Shown here: positions 50,074 through 62,902 of the stretch, piece after piece
Position numbering within the stretch: position 1 is the first letter of the stretch
Layout: each line of letters opens with the position of its first letter
Origin: Fistulifera solaris
Taxonomy: Eukaryota
DNA: 64,000 bases
Direction of reading: 5' to 3'
Assembly: GCA_030295235.1 (NCBI GenBank)
Contig: AP026153.1
Span: 310,001 to 374,000, forward strand
The notes under the pieces: generated by a model
What the model was told of the DNA's origin: nothing
What the model saw: only the letters and a program-made list of their open reading frames with translations
Database searches by the model: none
Program-made: the position numbers and the translations under genes

Positions 50074-50981
50074 CTACCCATTGTACACAAGCTCATCCAG
50101 TTGTTGCCAAAATACCGCTCGTTCAGGGCTATCCCTTGCTAAAGCCGACAAGTCGGTTATATCTTTCAAAGGCCCCCGTCGAAACTTGATTCGTTTTTTG
50201 ACCGCGTCAGGAAAGAGAGGCGTAAAGAGTTTCACGAGCGCCGCCAAGAGTGTGGGTAAATTGAGCAACAACGTGGGCCCGACGGTACTATCTGGATATA
50301 CTTCCGTCGCTTGTTTACTGCTTTGACTAAGAGCTTGTCGAAATTCCGAAGAACCGCCGACCAACTGAACACCACTCAAATCGTTGGCCGCCAAGACGCA
50401 TAACAACTGATCGGTCGCCAAGGATCGATCGTTCGCGACTAAATTATTGACTTCTTTTGTGTACAAAAGAACTCCGACATTTGATCGACCGTCACTTGTC
50501 CCATGAGTTTCGTGTCGTCGATCTTCCCGGCCCGAATGCAATAGACCAAGTCTCCTTGCGAAGAAGTGGTGGTGATGGTAGCCGGCGAGAGAAAGGGGAT
50601 GATATGTGAAGAATACGGTGCCGCCGCAATGACAGGGGCGTTATCCCATTTGCCATTCGCCGTGGCTTGTGTGACGGCCGATACGGCGGCTTCGCATATG
50701 GATTTTCCCGGACCTGTCCGCCACGAAAGTGTGTTACGGAATTGGTCTTCCAACAATCCCTCCTCGGACAAGCAATATCTCAGAAAGAAGACTGGATTCG
50801 AATAGGGAGCTTGATCGAGAGAAATACCCATGGATTCTGTGATTTTTTGCAGCTGCGCGATTTCGTCGCGATGTGATTGAATGAGCTGTGTCACTGATAC
50901 TTCTTTGTTGGCCAGCGCCATGGCTTTCGCCACCGTGGGGAGGCCTAGAAAGCTCACTATCATCCAACACCGATTTGTCAT
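50074..50981 (-). CDS. CRAL-TRIO/Sec14-like lipid-binding protein with possible signal peptide; apparent frameshift near 50465
   Basis: FFLRYCLS...TLSWR, LVYCIRAG, ANDLSGV, YPDSTVGPTLLLNLP...KLFTPLFPDAVKKRIKF fit the CRAL-TRIO pattern. The two ORFs join at a T homopolymer on the coding strand. Confidence 0.7.
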
Positions 50982-51904
50982 TCTGAAATGTGCTTCTTGA
51001 TCTATGAATGAAGGGATTAACACGTTTCTGTTCGAATGCAATGAAGGGAAATGAATGAATCTCGCTCTATTTTCACTGACTCGAGTTGATTGGTGCAAAT
51101 CACCGTCACTTTTTTTCTCGTGTCGAGATGATGGCTTTCTGACGTCATCGCGTGAAGATAGCAACTCGTACAGTACGACGGACGCACAGCAAAGTCGAAG
51201 AAGAATATCTTCGGTTTTTCCCATCCGAACCTAGTCTAGAGAGCAAGCTTCAACGATACAATGCAAATTTATGAGATTTAAAATAAAGAGAAAGTGTTCC
51301 TTGATTCCGACAAATACATCACGAGAGGGTTAGCCTCGCGGATCGTTCTGTTATTCGGACTTCCATAGACTACACGACTGGATTTCAGTCATGACTTGAT
51401 ATCTATCCGAGTTAGACCGAAGCATCTGGTGCTCGATTGTCGCTTTTACCACGGTCGATCTGTTTCTTATCTTGAACAACTATGTTTTAATTACATGAGA
51501 GATGCATCTTTCTGTGAAGGATTTCGACAACTGTCTTGGATGGCAAAACAAAGAGCACTGAATTTCCATGTTGATGAAATGCATTTCCAGATTTTCTGGC
51601 TACTCAAAGATACATTTGTTACAGAATTTCCGTGTACCTGAAAATAAATAGTCAGATTTTCTGGCTATGTAAAGAGTAACACCCTCTCACAGAATTTCCG
51701 TGTACAGAAAATGCACGCCCTGTCAAGATTGGATGATTCTCTGTCGTGAGCAAAACCGCAGCGATGTTTTTTGGTTTTGCTGCATTTTATGCGATGATTT
51801 TTTTCGGCGCCATTGTCTCGCATCACTCTCGCCTTCAAGCGAACAATGATCACACAACACGAATCGTTGTTTGTGGTTGGATAGTAATTGAGTAAAAAGT
51901 AAGG

Positions 51905-52238
51905 ATGAGCGACAAACCGGATCCAAGCGAGAAGCTTTCGGAGTGGTAAGCAACTTGATCTCGAACTCGTCCGCTGCTGGCGTTCACACGCCTCACTGCC
52001 GATTCATTTTAGTTTGTTTTCGCAATATTCCTTGACTGTCGCAGGTGTCATGAGCGCTACCGGCTATTCACTCTACAAGCGTCCGAAGAACGGAATTGCC
52101 GTCATGTTGGTGGCCGGCGGTGTCGGTACCATGGCCGATCTCGCGTACGGATGGTCGACCAAATGTCGTCCGTACGTGCTGGAATGGCAAAAACATCAAC
52201 AGGAGATGCAACGAAACGAGAAATCAAACGAAAAATAG
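51905..52238 (+). CDS. Small hydrophobic protein (88 aa), 2 exons (51905-51945, 52013-52238)
   Basis: GT-AG intron 51946-52012 splices in frame to give MSDKPDPSEKLSECLFSQYSLTVAGVMSATG. Two hydrophobic stretches. Confidence 0.65.
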
Positions 52239-55083
52239 TGGTCTGAAAGAGTGGTAACAGGGTCTTCCTGTCTCCATCCCGATCGTACTCCACAATCCAC
52301 GACATGTTGAGACCAAAGAACGATACTATATACAGTAGGGAATCGACGGACATAGTGAAGGATGGAATCTGCTGCTTTACCTTGCTTCGAATGTTGAAAC
52401 TATACAATCGACCAAAACTAAACGCTCAATATGTTTGTCAAGCTATTTAGCTACCACGTGCCGGTACTGTAGTGGAGAGTCTACCGTCGGCATTTTGGGA
52501 CAAGTCGTGCTTAATAGTGTTCTTCTTTCTCTTCGGCTCTTTTAAAACTCATAGCATGAGAGATTTATAGTTGCAAAATCGTCGTGTGAGATGAAACGCA
52601 ATGAAAAGATTTTTTTATTAAAAAATAAAAAAACTTGCTACCAGTACACTTTGGTATACAGTGATCATGAATATAACGGTCCGCGAGCTATTCACTACAG
52701 ACTGAATTTCCGTATGCTTTGAATTTTTTCTAAACAGTTACCGGTACAGGCAGTCGTGAACTTTGCCACGACGTCACACCGCGTTTCAACCGCTAAGAAA
52801 GTAAGAAAGACAATATTTTTTCGCTGTTTATTGGATCGAAGCATGCATGCGAATGAATAACTTTCATTCCTTGTCTCTTGTCGTCATCGTATGACATGCT
52901 ACGTCAAAGAAGTGCTTGTTCCCGTTTCATCATGTGTTCGACACGCGTTTTCTCGCTGCGCTGACAAAAGGTGCAAAGCCCATTCTTTCATCGCACTAAC
53001 AAAATATAAATGCCGCATCACCGAGGACACAATCAAAGCAACAAGCGAGGCAAGAAAAGCCGTAAGCAACCGAACGCAACGCGGGCGCTGATCGTCTCCT
53101 TCCGCAGCGCCCTTCAAGCGCGCCTTCGGACGAAGCAGCCAATGCTGCAAAGAACGGTGGCTGTTACGCCATGTACAAAGAGGGCGACCTTCCAGTTTTA
53201 CAACTGGATATCCCGTGAAGGCTGCCCCCACATGAAGATGACTGCGGTCAACGATTATCGCATGGGTGCACAGTTCAATTTGGGTCACAACAGGACCGCT
53301 GCACATGAAGAAAAACGGCGGTAAACTTCATCGTGGCACCCCGGGAAATCATGGCGAGCCTCGCGTCGAGTATTGCGAGAGAAAGTAGCCGCGGACCGCT
53401 TTGTCAGTGATCTGGGGCATCAATATATCCTTGATGTGCTCAAATACTGTTTGATTGCTCTTCGCTTTTAAATTGAAGCTGTTGTAATCCAGATTATTCG
53501 AAATTATACGTGAATGTGGTTTACTTGAACAGTTCCAAATCAGATATCGTTCAAATGACATCGGATCATCAATCTGCATTAGCTTTCGAAGCGAGCAAGC
53601 GCCGCAAAGATCCAGCTAATTCACAATTTTGTTCGTATCGAACGACATCCATCTTCTTTGTACAAATCAAATAACACGCAGTGGGTCCCGGTCTCCGAAA
53701 ATCATAAACCCTGTCCCTCCATTCAAGAGCGCGCAACTGAGTATTTTATCGTAAAGAGTATCGAAGTAGTACTGGCTTTGTTGATTGGCTCTCAAGTGAT
53801 GAGTAGCGCCAAGGTGCATGTCCTTCGAGGCACCGATAGTGGCGTCATTTGCCGGCCGGCATCTCGGAACCAGCCGTACTCATTGTTCTTCTTCTTTCAC
53901 TTTGATCCTTTGGAGAATAAAAGCAAGAGAGATCTATAATTATTGGTAATTGCAAAGGCAGCCCCATTGTGTGATGATTCGTGGTAAAGGTGATGTACAC
54001 TTTGTAATACAGTAATTAAAAACAAGAGCCGAGAGCTTTTCGATCTCATGAATCGATGCCTGCATTGCCAATTAGGCTCATCAAAGCTGCATCATGCTTT
54101 CAACTGCCACTGCATCCTACCAAACGAGGAGATCGAACGAAATTTTCGTGGTAGTTTGGCTCGAAAGAATATGGACTCATGACTGAAATGCAGTCGTGGT
54201 TATGTTAAGCCTACATTTGAATTTGTAGATGCAGTGATTTCATTCTAAAAAACAACGGCCCGCGGACATTTCTTCGGCATCATAAAACATAAAGAATTGA
54301 TGCTTGAAATTTATAGCTTTGAAAGGAAGACTATGATGCTCAAAAAGAATGGAAACCGAACGAAGATTAGGTAGCTCTGGATGAAATGCTGTCGCGGCAA
54401 AAGTTGAGGACCCTTTGCAACACATGGCTGGCCGTCATAGATGCGCAGCAGCTATTCATTCATGGACTTGTACATACGGGCAATCAAAGTACTACCAGTA
54501 GAGCATTAAAATGAGCTAGGAAATGTGCGTTGGCGTTTCCGTTTCCTAGAGTTACCCCGTGCGCCGCGCTTGTCTCTTTGTGTCAGAAAGTTCGGACAAA
54601 GAACACGTCCTACTATTCAGGCTACAGTGGCACGCATATGGCCTTTTTACCGATAAAACCACAAAAGCGAGGACGGAACGAAAGTGCAACGTTAGTTAGT
54701 ACCGCATGTCACCTTTCACGGTCCACAGATAGCAAATTGGTTTTCGTTGTAAGAGAACGAGCGAACGTGTCAGCAGTCCGGTGAAATCTTTCTTGGGTCA
54801 TGCCGGCGTACCGAAGCTACACTACACACGATAGTGATGTGGCCGGGTATCTTTTGGTGCAACGCGAATCACACAATTTGATTGGCGAACCGAACTGTCA
54901 TCATCGGAGGTGAGTGAAGTGTTGATGATGATGGTTTTGCATTCCGGATCCATCTGCTTGACACCTCCCAAGCTCGCATAAAAGGATACGAACCCTTTGG
55001 CCATCCATTCAGTTCAACATTGAACCAGCGCTCTTCTTCCTTAACGCCGATACTAACCAGTTCTTCGAAAGCTTTTGACCATC

Positions 55084-57651
55084 ATGGGCGTCGATGATAC
55101 TGTTCCGAGGCTTACGGGATGCTCGGCTTACGACGGCTTCCCTTGCAACACCGACGCAATCACTGCGGCATCATTGGGTCTCGCGGCCGGTGGTGCTTCG
55201 CTGCTTTTTGTCTATTATTTGAACGTCAATGTAAGTAACATATGCTGGATGCTTTCAAGAATTCAAAGCTTACACGAGTTCTCACTCCTCATGCTTTATT
55301 GACAGCTTCAAAAACAACCTCGCGGCAATGACTTGATGAACTCCATTAGCGACAAGATCAAGTCCGGGTCGCAAGCCTTCCTCGAGACCGAGTACAAGTA
55401 CTTGTCGATGTACCTCGTGACCTTCTTTGCTTTGCTCACGGTCCTCTATTCCTTAGATCCGCCTTCGGGTGATCGCACTGACGGTATCCGTTACGGCGTC
55501 TGCTTTTTGGTGGGTGGTATCCTGTCGGCGGCGTCGGGATGGGGCGGCATGTCGGTCGCCACCGACGCCAACGTGCGAACGACGCAAGCCGCTTCGGCGG
55601 AAGGTCTGGGCAAGGCACTCCGTGTCGCATTCACGGGCGGAGCCGTCATGGGCTTTACCGTGGTGGGTCTGGGTTTGCTCGGACTTTCTCTCATGCTCTA
55701 CGTCATGACGCTGGGATACGACGACGCGCCGGATCTCAGCAACCGCTTGTATTATGCTTCCTCCAGTCTCGCTGGATTCGGATTCGGAGCGTCTTCGATC
55801 GCTCTCTTTGCCCGTGTCGCGGGAGGAATCTACACCAAGGCCGCCGACGTCGGTGCCGATTTGGTCGGAAAGATCGAGATGGACATTCCCGAAGACGACC
55901 CACGCAACCCGGCCGTCATTGCCGATAACGTCGGTGACAATGTAGGTGATGTGGCGGGTATGGGAGCCGATCTATTCGAGTCCTACGTCGGCAGTATCAT
56001 TGCGGCTATCGCACTGGGAGAAGGCGACATTTTGCTCACCTTGCTCCCCATCTGGGTGGCAGCCTGTGGTATCGTGGCCTCGGTAGCCGGATATTTCGCC
56101 GTGCACGCCAACGACGATGCCGACCAGAAGGACTTGATGCGGGCCTTGCACAAGGGCACCGTTGTTTCTTCGCTTCTTGTTCTCGGATTCTGCGCTGCAC
56201 TGACCTACATTCTATTCGGTATGGATATCGATCGTAGTAAAGAGGGATGGGAAATCTACGGATGCATTGTGATTGGTCTAATTGCCGGTGTATTGATCGG
56301 TCAGGTTACCGAATACTTTACAAGCTACTCGTTTTGGCCCGTCAGGTAAGTGAAATACTATCAAAGGTCATTCTCCGCGTTGATACGATGGGTGCGTATC
56401 TCATATCTGCTTTCTACTTCCGTTTTACTAGATCCATTACCGAGGCCGGAGTTACTGGACCTGCTACTGTCATTATTCAAGGTTTGGGAGTCGGTATGAT
56501 CTCCACTGTTTTCCCGGTGTTGATTTTGGTGGGAACGATTTTGGGCTGCGATGCCTTGGCAGGACAGTACGGAATTGCCATGTCTGCGGTAGGAATGTTG
56601 TCCACATTGGGTGTAACGTTGGCTATGGACGCTTACGGTCCAGTTGCTGACAACGCCGGCGGTATTGCAGAAATGGCCGAACTCGACGAACGTGTTCGCA
56701 GCACTACGGATGCTCTTGATGCCCTTGGAAACACAACGGCTGCTACCGGTAAAGGATTTGCGATTGGTAGTGCTGTTCTTACCGCACTTTCGCTCTTGTC
56801 TGCCTTTACGAGCAAAGCTGGCGTCCGCGATGTCGATATTGGTGATCCAGTCATTCTTGCCGGCGTCTTGATTGGTGCCATGTTGCCGTTCTTGTTTGCT
56901 GCTTTGACTATGCTTTCCGTTCAAAAGGTAAGTGAGCATGTTCTGGATTCCCATTCAATTGCTTCCGCGTCAAAAAATCTGACAATGTTTTCCCCACAGG
57001 CTGCCGGTGCCATTATCATTGAAGTCCGTCGTCAGTTCGCCGAAATCCCTGGATTACGTGGAAGGAACCGCCGAAGCCGATTCGGACCGTTGCGTAGCGA
57101 TTTCGACGCAGTCTTCTGTGGAGGAAATGGTCTTGCCCGGTTTGTACGCCGTGTTGTCTCCCATTACTGTCGGTTTCTTGGTCGGACCGCGTTGCCTCAC
57201 CGGTCTTCTCGGTGGATCCATCGCATCCGGAATGATGCTTGCGCTCATGATGGCCAACGCCGGCGGAGCTTGGGACAACTCCAAGAAGTACATTGAAATC
57301 GAAGGAGCTTGTGGTGGCAAGGGTACCGAAACTCACAAAGCCTGTGTAGTTGGTGACACTGTCGGTGACCCATTCAAAGACACATCGGGACCGGCTTTGA
57401 ATATTTTGATTAAACTCATGTCGATCATCGCCCTTACGATTGCTCCGTTGTTGGAAGGCAACGACGACTGGGATGTTTGGTATTATGGATTGATTCCGCT
57501 CGGAGGCATGCTCCTCGGTACTGTTTTGGTCTACCACTTTTTCTGGAGCGAGGTCGCTGACATTACCGCCGACATGGGCGGCAAGAAAGAAGTTGAGGAG
57601 AAGGTAGTTCAGGACGATGACGCTGAAGCTGAGATTGAGAAGGTTGCTTAG
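55084..57651 (+). CDS. Membrane-integral cation-pumping pyrophosphatase, K+-dependent type; 4 exons, apparent 1-nt insertion near 57060
   Basis: [74 protein letters not shown] and [14 protein letters not shown]. Introns 55231-55305, 56346-56431 and 56928-56999. Confidence 0.95.
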
Positions 57652-58150
57652 ATAGAGTAGCTTTTAGATGGAATTGATGTTAGTAAAGAAATGTGTTAAT
57701 GTGAAGAAAAAAGCGTTGCAGTTCGTATTCACTGACTCCTCTACCAGCTTTAGAGATCCTGTTGATATTTTTTATTAGAAAATATATTTAAAAAAAATTG
57801 AATTAGGCTGCTGTATAGCTGTGAGTTTTTATTGCGATGTGTTTACTAGTTTATGTATCGACGTACCATAGTCTCGAATAAAAAAGTTTTTTAAAAATAA
57901 AGTGAGTTTAGCCTTTAGCCACGATTGGATCGGATATCAGTCACGGTAGAGTCCGTCCGCTTGTACGAGCAAAAACCATCGCACGCGATGAGGTCGTCGT
58001 CGCGAGGAATAACGCGGCGGAGCGGTTCTCATCGCTTTCATACATCATGACACTAGTCTACTAGCCGACGAAAATGAATATTACCAGGTACGCAGTAATA
58101 ACACTATTTTCTAATTCCTTCTGTATTGGGTTGCATAATTTACAATAGTC

Positions 58151-59879
58151 ATGGCCCCCAAACGTGGAATCGATGCGCTTTTCACACAAGCCGGGAAATC
58201 CTTGCCCACCGGAGGCAGTTTGTCGTTTCGTTTAGTGAAAGGTCCGGCGACCGTCGCCGTAGCGGACCCCGTCGACCCGAATGCCCCACCGCAAGAGTTC
58301 CCCTTACTAGCCAAGTTTCCCGAATCGGTCGTTCGCCCGGACTTTACGAAACATCCCTGGAATTCGGGTCGATTGTATCAACAAGAAGTACCGAGGCCGG
58401 TCGATGATGAGGAGGAAGAGGAGGATCAGCAGCAACAGAAAAAGAAACGATGGAAGTACAACCGCAATCACAATGCACAGAGGCAGTGGATATTGCAGGA
58501 AGAAGTTGATTTCTTAGAAACTATGGTAGCGAAAAGGGAGAAGCGCGAGACGAAGAAATTATCGAGTCGTTACGAAGGAGTTCCGGAACACAATGCGAGT
58601 CAGTATGTCATCTTTTTCGCTTCCGACAACAACGCATACTTGAATCATGAAGACGCCAGTGATGATCAGCCGACAGCGTTGCTGCAAGTGCGTACGCTGC
58701 CGTCGCCGCTAGGAACCATTCCTTTTGCTCAACCCGCCGTTCGGCACAGCTATTCGTTGGCCGAGGCGGAAAACGCGATTCAGGATCAGCGCATGGGTAT
58801 ACGAACACTACGACCGGACGAATCCGGTGATACACAACCCATCCTTCGAATCCGAAAAACGGAAGCTGGAAGTAAAAGTCGTTTGATGGATAAGTTGAAG
58901 GCGAAAAGTGCGAACGACGACGTCGAGGAAGGCGACGACGTTATGGGGGACGTGGCGTACCGCAATCGTAAAAGCGGAGGCGCACGTCGCGAACTTTTGC
59001 AGGATATCGGAGAAGGTATCCTCGTTTCTGAAGATGGAGTACTGGGTGGAGCTAATGATGCGGTATTTGGAGGGAAGGAACGGTTTGGAGAATTGAAAGC
59101 GGAAAAGATCGCCACTGACGAGCAACCGTCCGGAGATCCAGACAATGGCAACACAGAACGTGGAGCAGATGGGGCTGCCATGGCCGATGATTTCTATACT
59201 CGAGACGTAAAAGCTGAATATGACGAGCTAGATTACGATGCTAACGAACAGTTTGACGATGATGATGTTGATTTGGGCGAATCTGAGATGGTAGCAGACG
59301 CTGGTGGGTTCGCTGACGACGATGATGAAGCTGATGCGCTTGATGACGATGAAGACGAAGAGGCTGAGGTAGCTGGTGCCGAAGGCCTCGCTTCTGCTGC
59401 TGGGTTCAAAATGATGCTGGCCAAAGCTCGCGGAGAACTACCACAGCTCGTGACGGCTGCCGATCTCCGGTCCGACGCCGCGAACAGCAGAGGCGACAAA
59501 GAAGCAGGTGTGGATGCAGACGATCACATTTCGAAAATTATGAAAGCAGCAGAAAAGGCCGCTGCTGAAGCAGGTCACAAAGTTAATCAGGAGCCACAAG
59601 CATCTGCAGCAGACTCTGCAGCGCCGGCAGCTAGCATTCAAGTCGACGAGCACGGCTTTAGAATAATAAGCCTAGACGCTGTGCGGCGTGAGATTTGGTT
59701 GAATCATGGTCAGATCCCGATGAAGCGACTTATGAAAATCTTTGACATAAAAAAAGAAATCCACGGCAGAGCGACAGGCAAAGTTTCGTGAGATGGTGAA
59801 GGAACTTTGCACGATGGTGAATGATCCCGTGTCCGGACGAATGCTTGTATTGAAACAGCACTACTCGAATATGAAATAA
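58151..59879 (+). CDS. Probable transcription initiation factor IIF alpha subunit (RAP74/Tfg1-like); apparent frameshift in an A run near 59750
   Basis: Segments QWIL...RYEG...SQYVIF, YSLAEAE and acidic ELDYDANEQFDDDD. Removing one A gives a winged-helix-like C-terminus, ISLDAVRREI...PMKRLMKIFDIKKKSTAERQAKFREMVKELC...MLVLKQHYSNMK*. Confidence 0.65.
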
Positions 59880-59986
59880 AGTTGAAGAATAATTATGATT
59901 CTTTAATAGCTTTTGTTTTTGTATGATTTTACTGGATTGTGTATCAGCATTTGCATTACCAGGCGATACTCGAGGTTTCGCCTGGT

Positions 59987-61025
59987 CTACCGAATAAAAA
60001 AAGATCGCGGAGATGTAGCAAAAAGACTTCCTCCATGTGGCGAAATAATCGTGGCCTGCTTTTGGGCCAGGAGTCTCTGATAGTCATCTAGCGGAAATGC
60101 AGGGTTGCCTCCAGACTTTACGGGTGAGAAAATAAGGGGCGCTCGAGGCGGCAATTTGTATGCCGCATTATTACAGTAAGAAGCGGCCCCATTGAGTGTC
60201 AAAGTCCCACGAGGCATTGGTTTGTAAGAGTCTAGGCGCATTTCATTGTTGTGCGATGCAGCGTAGAAGGAGGCCTTTTGTTGGGAGGGGATGACATCAT
60301 TAGCAATATGTACTGGGAAGGAGCTTCCAACCACTGCTTGGGCTTCATAAATTGACTGTACAGGAGGTAGAATAGTAGTTGGTGGTGGAGGAGGTGGTGG
60401 TGGTGGTGAAGGACTCTGCTCAGATCTATCAAGCACATTTTTGAGACCAAAAGCGGAAGTGGAGAAGGCGGCGGTGCCACCATAACTTTGGCTCATAAAT
60501 GGTAAACCACCGGCGCATGCTATGCTTTTGCCATTCGTAGGCTTCTCCATAAATTGTACATTTGTTAGGGTGCGATTCGAAATAGAAGAGTTTTGCGGCG
60601 TGGCGTCGTCATCCAAAAATCTCCCTCGGAATCAAGGCTTGAGCCTTTGCTTGTTGACTCTTCCGATTCTTTCTACCTCCCCGACATCCACGGGGACGAT
60701 GACTTCGACGTTTTGGTTCAATGAGATTTGGATCAGAGTTCAAGGCTTTCACGTCTTTACCGATCGGAAGATTAACATTGGAAGGGTCGACAAGCTCGAT
60801 CATTTTATTTACCCCATTCTTCCTCTCTGTCAATGTGTTGGAATCGGTTTCACTCGACACTCGATTTTCGTACACCGATGCCCTTGTCGTCTCATAAAGT
60901 TGATAGTTGAGCGCTTGTCGAGACGACGCCGATAGGAGGGACGAGTGTACTCCGTCGGATAGAAAGGATGTGTGGATCCTTTTGTTATCTCCAAACATTT
61001 TCAGGCTTCGACGAGCTTGCAACAC
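59987..61025 (-). CDS. Hypothetical Pro/Ser-rich protein with basic motif KRRSHRPRGCRGGRKNRK; frameshift near 60617, 5' end uncertain
   Basis: Two abutting ORFs (60609-61025, 59987-60616) join at a homopolymer. An acceptor-like sequence upstream suggests a further exon. Confidence 0.55.
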
Positions 61026-61521
61026 AATGACAAATAAAAAGTCAGCTTGGGGTTTCTTTGACGGGGACGCCTAACATAGATTGCTCTCCGGCAACAATGA
61101 GCGAAGCGAGAAACTGCTCCACAATTCAAAACAAAGGTGAGCGATGTTGCGAAAAAGTGATGGGCGATCGTTGTTGGCGATGGGTTTCGATTTGAAAACG
61201 GTACGACATATGCATAGGTTGTAGTTAAATCAATTCGATGTGTTTCAGGTAAATAAAATAATTGTCAGTACGGTAGTGTGTACTAAAAATATTCAGGTTT
61301 CTAAGATACTTATGGAGGTTAAAAGAACTGATAGTACAAAGTACTTAGTTGAATTTCTCGTCTTTCGTCCGCGTGCGTAGCCTTAACCCTTAACCCTAAC
61401 GAAAATGAACAAAAATGTTTCCCTGGACGCATGAACACGATAGACTAGACTAGAAAAAATGGCAAAATGCTTTTTCACACTATAAGAGGCAACCATATCT
61501 GATTATATAGCGCAAGGAAAC

Positions 61522-62157
61522 ATGAGTAAATTAACAGATTACTCGAAATTTGACCAAATTGATACGGAGAGCGAGGAAGAGGAAGAGAAAATTGTGAATT
61601 TATGCCCTACGGACGCCAAGATGATTCACGATGACTTGACGGGGCGTTACTTCTTTCTCTACAAAAATGCTAGAGTTTATGAATGGGAACAGAAGCTGTC
61701 GGAAGTCATAGTGTATATCGCTGCACCGCCAATTCAGAATTTGTCGAAAGATTCGATCGACTGTCAAATAACACCAAATCATGTGAAGCTCGGCTTGAGG
61801 GGACAAAATCCATTTATTGACGAACAAACGGCTGAAACTGTCGAAGCTGGAAAGTCCCTCTGGTGTATCGAAGAAGTTGAAACAACAACAAGTGATTCGC
61901 CACAGAAACTGCAAGAAATAAAAATGATTGTAATTTATCTTCACAAAGCAAATAAAGCAAAAGTTTGGGAGAATGTTTTCGTGGGGAAGTTTCCAGGAAT
62001 CTCGTTGGATCCTTTTCAGGTCGAAAACGAGAAGCGAGCTCTATTACTCGAAAGATATGGAGAAGAGCACGGTGCTGGATTTGATTTCCGAGATGCAAAA
62101 ATAACGGGCAGTGTCCCCGATCCTCGAACATTCATGGGCGGCGTGTCACATGATTAG
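61522..62157 (+). CDS. NudC/CS (p23-like) domain protein, NUDCD2-like
   Basis: YEWEQKLSEVIVYI, SLWCIE, IYLHKA...WENVF and C-terminal LLERYGEEHGAGFDFRDAKITGSVPD. Confidence 0.8.
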   Translation: MSKLTDYSKFDQIDTESEEEEEKIVNLCPTDAKMIHDDLTGRYFFLYKNARVYEWEQKLSEVIVYIAAPPIQNLSKDSIDCQITPNHVKLGLRGQNPFIDEQTAETVEAGKSLWCIEEVETTTSDSPQKLQEIKMIVIYLHKANKAKVWENVFVGKFPGISLDPFQVENEKRALLLERYGEEHGAGFDFRDAKITGSVPDPRTFMGGVSHD

Positions 62158-62307
62158 TCTCTATTCATTAAAATTGAAGTAGCGTCAAAGTGGATATAAT
62201 GTAAAAATAGAAACTGTGAATAGATTGAGGGATTATAAAATTGGTTTACAAAAGCCTGTTTTCTGATCAAAGACCGAGCCGCTCCGATGAAAGGCTTCTT
62301 GCAGGAC

Positions 62308-62902
62308 TTATGAAGAAGATGCAGCAAGTGTATCCATCACCATTTCTTCATTCTTTTCTCTACCAGTAGAATTTGCGGCAACATCTGCGGTCAAATGATG
62401 TTGTAAAAACCCGGCAGCCACAACGTGGGGAATCTGATTACGAACGGGCATAATGTTTTCGCGAGCAAAGTTTGACATTTCGTCCACTGTAGAAAAGCCC
62501 AGGACAGGAACCAGATAGGCCGGTATGTTTTTGGAAGAGCCAAACTTGCGCAAACAAGCCACGCGGAAAGCGTGCGAGATCTCATTGACGTACGTTTGTA
62601 CGAAAGGGTGAGATGTGTTGCTGTAAAGCTGTTCCAACGACTTCCAAACGGCGGCCAAATCAGGTTTTCAATGCCGCCTTGGCCACTTCGTACCAAGGCT
62701 CCAGTTCACCCATTTCTCCGCTGCGTCGAAATAAATGACGGGCTGCCATCCAGTTTTGATGATAGAGAAGACCCGCGATGTGAATGATGTAAAGGTCGAG
62801 GTCAGGACTGCCTCCCGCAACTTCCATGGCTTGACAGTATTTCAAGTCCAGCTGCCTCAAGGATGCAGGGGGCCATTCCTGTGGTACGACTATATTATTC
62901 AT
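62308..62902 (-). CDS. Probable COP9 signalosome subunit 8-like (PCI) protein; apparent frameshift near 62666
   Basis: HIAGLLYHQNWMAARHLFRR...PWYEVAKAAL...VWKSLEQL...AFRVACLRKF resembles CSN8. The ORFs join by removing one A. Confidence 0.5.

Noticed and set aside
53010..53939. Basic 104-aa ORF and downstream short ORFs
   Set aside because: No family similarity and no clear exon structure.
61381..61400. CCTTAACCCTTAACCCTAAC telomere-like tract (also TTAAGGC repeats near 48287 and 42475)
   Set aside because: Only about three degenerate units between genes, too short to call a telomeric remnant.
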